From Candidatus Hydrogenedentota bacterium (GTDB lineage: Bacteria; Hydrogenedentota; Hydrogenedentia; Hydrogenedentales; SLHB01): a stretch of 64,000 bases of DNA. The stretch lies in assembly GCA_045863335.1 (NCBI GenBank), contig BTVY01000002.1, positions 96,462-160,461 on the forward strand, read 5' to 3'. Shown piece by piece: positions 58,311-64,000 of the stretch (positions are counted from its first letter, which is position 1; every line of letters begins with the position of its first letter). The notes under the pieces were generated by a model. The model was not told the DNA's origin, made no database searches, and worked only from the letters and a program-made list of their open reading frames with translations. The position numbers were made by a program, and so were the translations under genes.

Positions 58311-58410
58311 TCACAGGATACCGGTTCGTATATTGAGTCACGATACTCTTACCAATAACACCGTTATTCCGGAAACATGAGGTGTGCGCAAGCCTGTGAA
58401 GGATAGACTA

Positions 58411-59613
58411 ATGACACGACCAAGACTGCTTCACTCCTGCTTCTTTTCGGCTTTGATACTCCTTGCACCTGCGCCTTTGGCGGAGGTTGGGACACCGGAT
58501 GCCTTTGACCATGTTCGCCAGAACGCCACGACGCTGATTCAGTCGGGGCAACGGCTGGAGGCGGCCCAATTGCTGCTCGAGACACTCGGATCTATTCCGC
58601 CAGACCGGGCGGACTTAGCCTATCCCGCCATTGGTTGCTTCCAACTTCTGGCGTTCACAAACGAATACCTCATGTCCGAAGTGGAATGCATCGCTTTGTA
58701 CGACCAGTCGTTGCATGACGATACAAATGAAATGCATCGCCTGATCGCGCTCCTGATGCGATACATGGACGACCAGGGATTGACACAAGAGCAGGCAAAC
58801 GAATGCTCGCGAGAACTTCACGTGCTGACTCGGAGCGAACACCAGGCTGTGAGCCTTGGCGCGCTTTTTGTTCGTTCCGATCCATACTATTTCTACGACA
58901 CGAAGTTGGGCCAACAGGCCCGTGAAGAAATCGTGACAAGGTTTCCCACCACGTATCTGGCGCGGGAAGCGCAGCGCCTGAACTTCTACACAGCCCGTAG
59001 ACAGGGCGCGGCGGGACTGAAAGAAACGCTCGAACTTACAGACGACGAGGGCCGGTTGCGCGCCCATACTCTTCGAATGCGTGCTGACCCGGTCGGCAAC
59101 GCCTTGTACCAGGCTGTCCAGGGCCAAGGGGATAAAGACGCGGCCTGCGTGACCGCGTTGGCCACGGCAGCGGATGAGGCGGAATCGTGGGAAGACGAAT
59201 ACGCCGCGCTAAACATCCTCGATGGGTTCGCCGAAACCGCAAATGCCACCCTGACCCGCGATGCGGCAAGCCGGGCGATCAGCCGGGACCGGGACCCCCG
59301 ATGCACGTTTCGCGCACTGACCCTGCGCTTGGCCGCAGACCGAAGACTTGGGGACTCAGACGCCCTCATCGCGGACGTGTATGCGCTGCTCGCTACGGAC
59401 GACATCCCAATCGTCGCCGACCGGAACAACTACGAGGAACTACGCAACCATGTTCAGCACGCCGCAGAGTTTCTCGCTACGCAGGGGCGAATCGATACGG
59501 CCTGCGACGTTCTGGACCGATTGGCGGCACGCTTCCCGAACACGCTGCTGGCCTCGAAGCTTACGGACCGGGTTGCGGAACTCAAAACTCCAGAAGCATC
59601 AGCTGCCGAGTAA
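58411..59613 (+). CDS. Secreted alpha-helical TPR-like protein
   Basis: Signal peptide (PLA|E); RFPTT.LA and RFPNTLLA TPR-type turns. Confidence 0.7.
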   Translation: MTRPRLLHSCFFSALILLAPAPLAEVGTPDAFDHVRQNATTLIQSGQRLEAAQLLLETLGSIPPDRADLAYPAIGCFQLLAFTNEYLMSEVECIALYDQSLHDDTNEMHRLIALLMRYMDDQGLTQEQANECSRELHVLTRSEHQAVSLGALFVRSDPYYFYDTKLGQQAREEIVTRFPTTYLAREAQRLNFYTARRQGAAGLKETLELTDDEGRLRAHTLRMRADPVGNALYQAVQGQGDKDAACVTALATAADEAESWEDEYAALNILDGFAETANATLTRDAASRAISRDRDPRCTFRALTLRLAADRRLGDSDALIADVYALLATDDIPIVADRNNYEELRNHVQHAAEFLATQGRIDTACDVLDRLAARFPNTLLASKLTDRVAELKTPEASAAE

Positions 59614-59640
59614 CAGGCCGCGCCCGAAAGGAGACCTACC

Positions 59641-60558
59641 ATGAGCAGAGTTCTCGTGTCACCGCGATGCTTCGGCGTGCTAGCAATCCTCGGAGCATGC
59701 ATGCTCGTTCCATTGGTTCCTGTCGCTGTCGTCGTCATGTCCTTGCCAGCCCGCGCTACTGAGCCGCCGCCGCCGGTGCAGTTTACGGTGACGGTATCCA
59801 CAGAGGAAGGCGGCGACTGCACACTGGTCAGAGTCCGGGAATGGTACGGGACGTATATAGGGGAGTGGACCAACTGGAGCACGGGACCGATTCAGCAGAC
59901 GTACGACGCGGGTGTGAACGTCGAAATAGATGCGACCGTGAATTGTCCTTGCGCCTACGAGTTTAAGGAGTGGGTGGATGAACACGGTTCCGTCCTGGAT
60001 TATCGGCGTGACGAACGACACGAGTTCACGCTTACGCATGACACAGTCGCCAAGGCGGTGTTCAAGGAACGAACAGGATCGCTTACCATATATGTCGAAG
60101 ATCCATCATCAGACGCCAGCCCACATTCATGGTTAGGCGACACCGGTCACACGATGTGGAAGTTCGAAGGTGGATGTACAGGATATGACGATTTTGTAGG
60201 TATCAGATGGGGCTTCTGGCCCGAAGATGCAACACCGTACCAATATTCAGGATCGTATAAGCTTTGGGTTGATTGCGGTGGTGTTGTGCAAAACGACAAT
60301 GATTATGATTACAACCGCACACCTAAAACCTATTCTATCAGCTATGCCGCTCTTGTAGCGGGTCTACAGTATACTGCTGCGTTAAAATTGAATCCTATGG
60401 AATACCGAGTCGAGGTGTTCAATTGTACCGATGCAGCGATTTTCGCAGCCAACGCAGCTGGCGTGACACTTCCGAGCGCAGCGGGAAGTTGCAATCACCT
60501 CACACATTCTTTTACTGGAAATTGTCCGGGTGTACTGGGCGAGAATATCCAGCAATAG
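59641..60558 (+). CDS. Secreted protein: bacterial-repeat (InlB B-repeat-like) domain plus His...Cys papain-like C-terminal domain
   Basis: AGGAG RBS; YDAG..V.I.A...YEFKEW...AKAVF; GHTMW..WGFWP..NCTDAA; GC drops at ~60080. Confidence 0.65.
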   Translation: MSRVLVSPRCFGVLAILGACMLVPLVPVAVVVMSLPARATEPPPPVQFTVTVSTEEGGDCTLVRVREWYGTYIGEWTNWSTGPIQQTYDAGVNVEIDATVNCPCAYEFKEWVDEHGSVLDYRRDERHEFTLTHDTVAKAVFKERTGSLTIYVEDPSSDASPHSWLGDTGHTMWKFEGGCTGYDDFVGIRWGFWPEDATPYQYSGSYKLWVDCGGVVQNDNDYDYNRTPKTYSISYAALVAGLQYTAALKLNPMEYRVEVFNCTDAAIFAANAAGVTLPSAAGSCNHLTHSFTGNCPGVLGENIQQ

Positions 60559-60601
60559 AGACTATACTTCGATAACACTTCACAACCAGGATTTCAGATC
60601 A

Positions 60602-61897
60602 ATGAAGCTATGGCCAATTCGTGATCGACGACTTGCATTGCCAATTCTGCTGCTCGCCACATGCTCCGTTTCCGCAGCACAAGAGAGTTCACGCGCTGTA
60701 GATTATGTGACCGTCGTTAAATCTACGAAGGCATTTGAGGGTGCGACTTCTGAACTGCGCGATGCCCTCTTATCCATCGCAAGATTGGCGTCTGAGCACG
60801 GGGAATGCACAGAGGAATTTGTGCGGGGAATGCCAAATGTAGAAGCAGAATCCGATGGCGCTTTCCTCAAAGGTACGCGGGAGGAGCCTAATGGAGCGCA
60901 TCTGGAAATCATGTACAACCTGGAAGAAGGACACGCAGACTGGGTATTGCGCACTTCTGCCGACAAGAGTGCTGTCAGTGTGGGATTTAGTCGTCGCGAA
61001 GGACAGAACGCGCTCGGTATACATTCCGGATACGTCAAGGATTCAGGTGGACAGCGCGGCGTTGAGATCTGGTTCGATGATGAGGAATTGGCGCGACCCA
61101 GATGGGCAATCTCTATTGTAGGTCCCGGTTTAGTGCTTGGCAAGGTAGTGGCCTGGGATAAAAACGGAAATATGGTTGTAGATCGAGAGATTACGAGTGC
61201 TATACCCCCCCTAGAAGTTCGTACGCGGGTGCTCGAGTCCTTGGACGCCGACGAATTCGAGGCGCTTGAAGTTTCACTTAAGGACCGTCTGCGCGCTAGC
61301 CCCGCGTTCCGCCGGATAGACGGGATGCTTCGAAGATCAATGGAGAATTTGGCCGGCTGGTCGCAAAGGTTTCTTGAGGCGGAACCGAACGAATATGTTG
61401 AAATGTTACATGGAAGAGACATGGAGGTAGCAGAGGTAGGTGATGATGTTGTATATAGAATTGACGTTGGCGAAAGTGAGCCAGAATGGACAATTTTCCA
61501 GGACCATCTCTCCGGACGATTGGAAGTCGCTACGCGAGGCGAACTCTCTTTGTACTTCGATATGTTGGATGACCAGCGCTGTCTTGCGGGAGGACGTTGC
61601 CCGGACCGGAACAACGAGGAGGCTGATTCGTACTGGCTTATCAGCTTCTATCCCGGGAAGTGTGCGCCGAGGATGGCCGTCGCCGCGAAGGGCGAACCAC
61701 CAACGGACCTGAACGTCGAGGGAAAGTTATTCGTGTGGGGTCCTGACGGCGAAATCTTGATCGAAAAGAGTATCGAAACTGCTCGTGCGGTAGCAGAAGT
61801 CGTGCAGGAGATTGACGCGGCGCTGACTGAGCAAGAGAAACAAGCGGTAAACTGGCGCGGACTCCAAGAGGCGAATTATCTTTTGGGCCAGTACTGA
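60602..61897 (+). CDS. Secreted protein with internal duplication, candidate immunity protein
   Basis: Signal peptide; two PRxA...GKxxxWxxxGxxxxxxxI units. Confidence 0.6.
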   Translation: MKLWPIRDRRLALPILLLATCSVSAAQESSRAVDYVTVVKSTKAFEGATSELRDALLSIARLASEHGECTEEFVRGMPNVEAESDGAFLKGTREEPNGAHLEIMYNLEEGHADWVLRTSADKSAVSVGFSRREGQNALGIHSGYVKDSGGQRGVEIWFDDEELARPRWAISIVGPGLVLGKVVAWDKNGNMVVDREITSAIPPLEVRTRVLESLDADEFEALEVSLKDRLRASPAFRRIDGMLRRSMENLAGWSQRFLEAEPNEYVEMLHGRDMEVAEVGDDVVYRIDVGESEPEWTIFQDHLSGRLEVATRGELSLYFDMLDDQRCLAGGRCPDRNNEEADSYWLISFYPGKCAPRMAVAAKGEPPTDLNVEGKLFVWGPDGEILIEKSIETARAVAEVVQEIDAALTEQEKQAVNWRGLQEANYLLGQY

Positions 61898-61986
61898 TAC
61901 ACCGTCTCGACTGGTGTAGCTCCGGGACCATGTGAAGGGCCGCCACGTTACCTTTCGATCTTCCGGCGTGTGTTCGGTAACGGTTA

Positions 61987-62578
61987 GGCGAGGCTGTGGC
62001 TCATGGTGGGCGGAACGCCGAGGCGGTATTGGACGTAGTCTTCGTAGCGGAGGAATTTGGCCGCCTTGGAATACACCTCGGGCTGGTTTTCTTTGAACCA
62101 GAGAATCTTGTTGATCGTGTACATGCCGTGAAGGGGCATGCCGGTGTGTTGGGCGAGTTCGAGGCGGGACTTTCGTTCGAGCCACCACGCGGGCATGTCC
62201 GCCGTGCGGGCGTCGAAGGTGACGGGACTCGGCGCGAGGCAGGCGCCCTTCTTGTCCACGGGAGTGACGGCTTCGCCCTGGGCGGACATGGCCATGGCTT
62301 TGACGGGATCGGCCTTGGTCTTCGACGCGACTTCGCCCAGGACTTCGCGGACGCTCCGCCACACCTCGTCCGCGTCCAACTCCTGCCACCCCGGCCGCGG
62401 CGACCGCAAGGGATACTCCCGGTACGCCGACGCCAGCACGCGCCCGTCCAAATCGAAGGCGACCGCCTTCGTGCCCGTGGTCCCCACATCCAATCCCAAT
62501 AGACTCATGGCCAAACCCCTCCCGAATGCAAAACCTCCGCCATTCTGCGCATCCGCGGAGGGGGTGTCAACCGGCGGG
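61987..62578 (-). pseudogene. Truncated duplicate of the FGGY kinase (repeat copy 2; ATG 62508, stop 61984)
   Basis: First ~174 codons plus promoter, then TAA. Confidence 0.9.
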
Positions 62579-62689
62579 TGATACCGCAAGCTCCGTAACC
62601 CGCGATTCCGGAAGGACCGTCCGTTGACCGTTTCATCAATTGTAGTTACATTGTAGTTATTAGGAGAATCTGGACGCGAGGTAGTAGCT

Positions 62690-62908
62690 ATGAAACCCGA
62701 ATACGATCTCAGCAAAATGCAATCACGGCGGAATCCATATGCGCGGCGGTTGAAGAAGCAGATTACGCTCCGGCTGGACCCCGAGGTGATCGAGTATTTC
62801 AAGGAGAAGTCGGAGAAGAGCGGCATCCCCTATCAGACGCTAATCAACTTGTATCTTCAGGACTGCCGTGAGAAGGGACGTGACCTGAAAATGCGGTGGT
62901 CGTCGTAG
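62690..62908 (+). CDS. Orphan BrnA-family antitoxin
   Basis: MKPEYDLSK..RNPY...KKQITLRLD.EVIEYFK...GIPYQTLIN; no toxin upstream. Confidence 0.88.
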   Translation: MKPEYDLSKMQSRRNPYARRLKKQITLRLDPEVIEYFKEKSEKSGIPYQTLINLYLQDCREKGRDLKMRWSS

Positions 62909-63268
62909 CGGGTAAAATGACCTTGCATTTCCGCTTGTACAGCTCGGCAGCGACTCGTTCCTCAGCAAAGTGAAGACCGACCTTGGCCGCCGCGTCCGCG
63001 CTGTGCCGCGCGGGTGGCCTCACGGCAGGACAGATAGCCTGCGTCGCAAACGGCAGTAAACGCTCCCGCCCACCAATCTCATTGCGCATTTCGGGCGTCA
63101 GTGCTAGTATTACCTCAGCAGAACTGATGTGCACGGATGCCGGGCATATCGGACAAGCCGTATGCAACATCAAACCCGGGGAGGAACCGCAATAAATGGT
63201 TACTGTCCCCATTTATTGCTCAGCACGTGTGGAGAACGCCAGTGGCCTACCAACCTAGGAGACCTTAC

Positions 63269-63841
63269 TTGGTGGAGCGCGCTGTGCTCACGGCACTCGG
63301 CGTGATAACAGGTGGCCTGTTCTCGTTCTATTGTTTCGCAGTGGAACTGTGGCTTGCCGGCAATCCGCTGGATGACTACGAGCCATCCTTTCCGGTTGAA
63401 CGGTTTGAGAAGGCACTCGTTGGACAGTCCGTCGAAACCTTCTTATATCTTCCGTGGTTGTCGGCGCTTTGTTTGCTGCTTGTGCTGTTGCCGCGCTCAG
63501 TACTTGGGCGGTGCAAATGGGTGGTGGCAGGTATGTTCATTTCTCAGTTTGTTGCGAGTCGCGCGTTTGCGTTCATGCTGCAGTACTTCATCAACCAAGA
63601 CGACAGCTTGCTTAGAGTAACGTTTGCGGAAATCCGGCAGGAGATGACGGCGTTGGAGCGGTGGATCTACACGCCGCTGGTGGATTTGCTGGAACGGGGC
63701 TGGGGGTATTGGGCGATTGCGCTGCATTCCATCGTGCTGGGCGCGTTTTGGACGCTGGTGATCTATGGCGTGTACCGGCTGATTTGGGGAATGGTCCAAC
63801 GGCGGCGTTCACCCGAACGGGCGCCGGAACAGGCGGCGTAG
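63269..63841 (+). CDS. Hypothetical multi-TM membrane protein
   Basis: AGGAG before TTG 63269; four hydrophobic helices. Confidence 0.65.
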   Translation: MVERAVLTALGVITGGLFSFYCFAVELWLAGNPLDDYEPSFPVERFEKALVGQSVETFLYLPWLSALCLLLVLLPRSVLGRCKWVVAGMFISQFVASRAFAFMLQYFINQDDSLLRVTFAEIRQEMTALERWIYTPLVDLLERGWGYWAIALHSIVLGAFWTLVIYGVYRLIWGMVQRRRSPERAPEQAA

Positions 63842-63911
63842 TCATCGCGGCATCTTAGGAAAGGAAATTGCTGACCACGGGGACACGGGGGTCACGGGGA
63901 AAAGCGAGGGA

Positions 63912-64000
63912 TGGATACCCGCTTTCGCGAGTATGACGGTTTTGGTGGATACCCGCTTTCGCGAGTATGACGGTTTTGGTGGATACCCGCTTTCGCGAGT
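63912..64000. repeat. 34-bp tandem CGTC-type REP/RS3-like palindromes (cut by window end)
   Basis: TGGATACCCGCTTTCGCGAGTATGACGGTTTTGG x2.6 with identical linkers. Confidence 0.85.

Noticed and set aside
60703-61614. 303-aa antisense ORF in the island
   Set aside because: Ser/Arg-rich with no motifs; the + strand gene has a signal peptide and internal repeats
57489-62578. DGR template/variable repeat pair
   Set aside because: Differences are not adenine-specific, are mostly synonymous, and no reverse transcriptase is present
63912-64000. Possible CRISPR array
   Set aside because: Units are head-to-tail with identical short linkers, no unique spacers, no cas genes; the window end limits certainty

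Overview
GC-rich bacterial chromosome segment. The gene content (PSD1/DUF1549/DUF1553 cytochrome, Tat-exported sulfatase and Gfo/Idh/MocA enzymes) suggests a PVC-like or Hydrogenedentota-like lineage (inference). Layout: (1) 0.1-23 kb mixed carbohydrate, redox and accessory genes with three toxin-antitoxin loci; (2) 23.1-38.3 kb minus-strand type II secretion operon (gspE,F,G,H,I,J,K,L-like,M-like,C-like,D) headed by an ECF sigma/TPR anti-sigma pair; (3) 41.5-48.7 kb tRNA-Gly/Lys/Leu, tig, clpP, clpX, lon, engB; (4) 49-55.7 kb array of orphan Rhs toxin-immunity cassettes and remnants; (5) a 3.9 kb three-gene island bracketed by a 592-bp duplication of a sugar-kinase promoter and 5' end. The most unusual signals are two families of palindromic elements sitting in frame inside proteins. 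One has ~35-bp inverted arms around unrelated interiors and occupies the cleavable leaders of two adjacent pseudopilins. The other is a two-hairpin element with compensatory changes, found inside both Rhs genes and a TPR gene. Also notable: a secretin fused to ExbD-like and SPOR domains, a GGGAC(A/G)G motif at Rhs cassette junctions, and an 8-mer repeat tract at the island promoter. Product calls rest on motif recognition by eye; no database searches were run.
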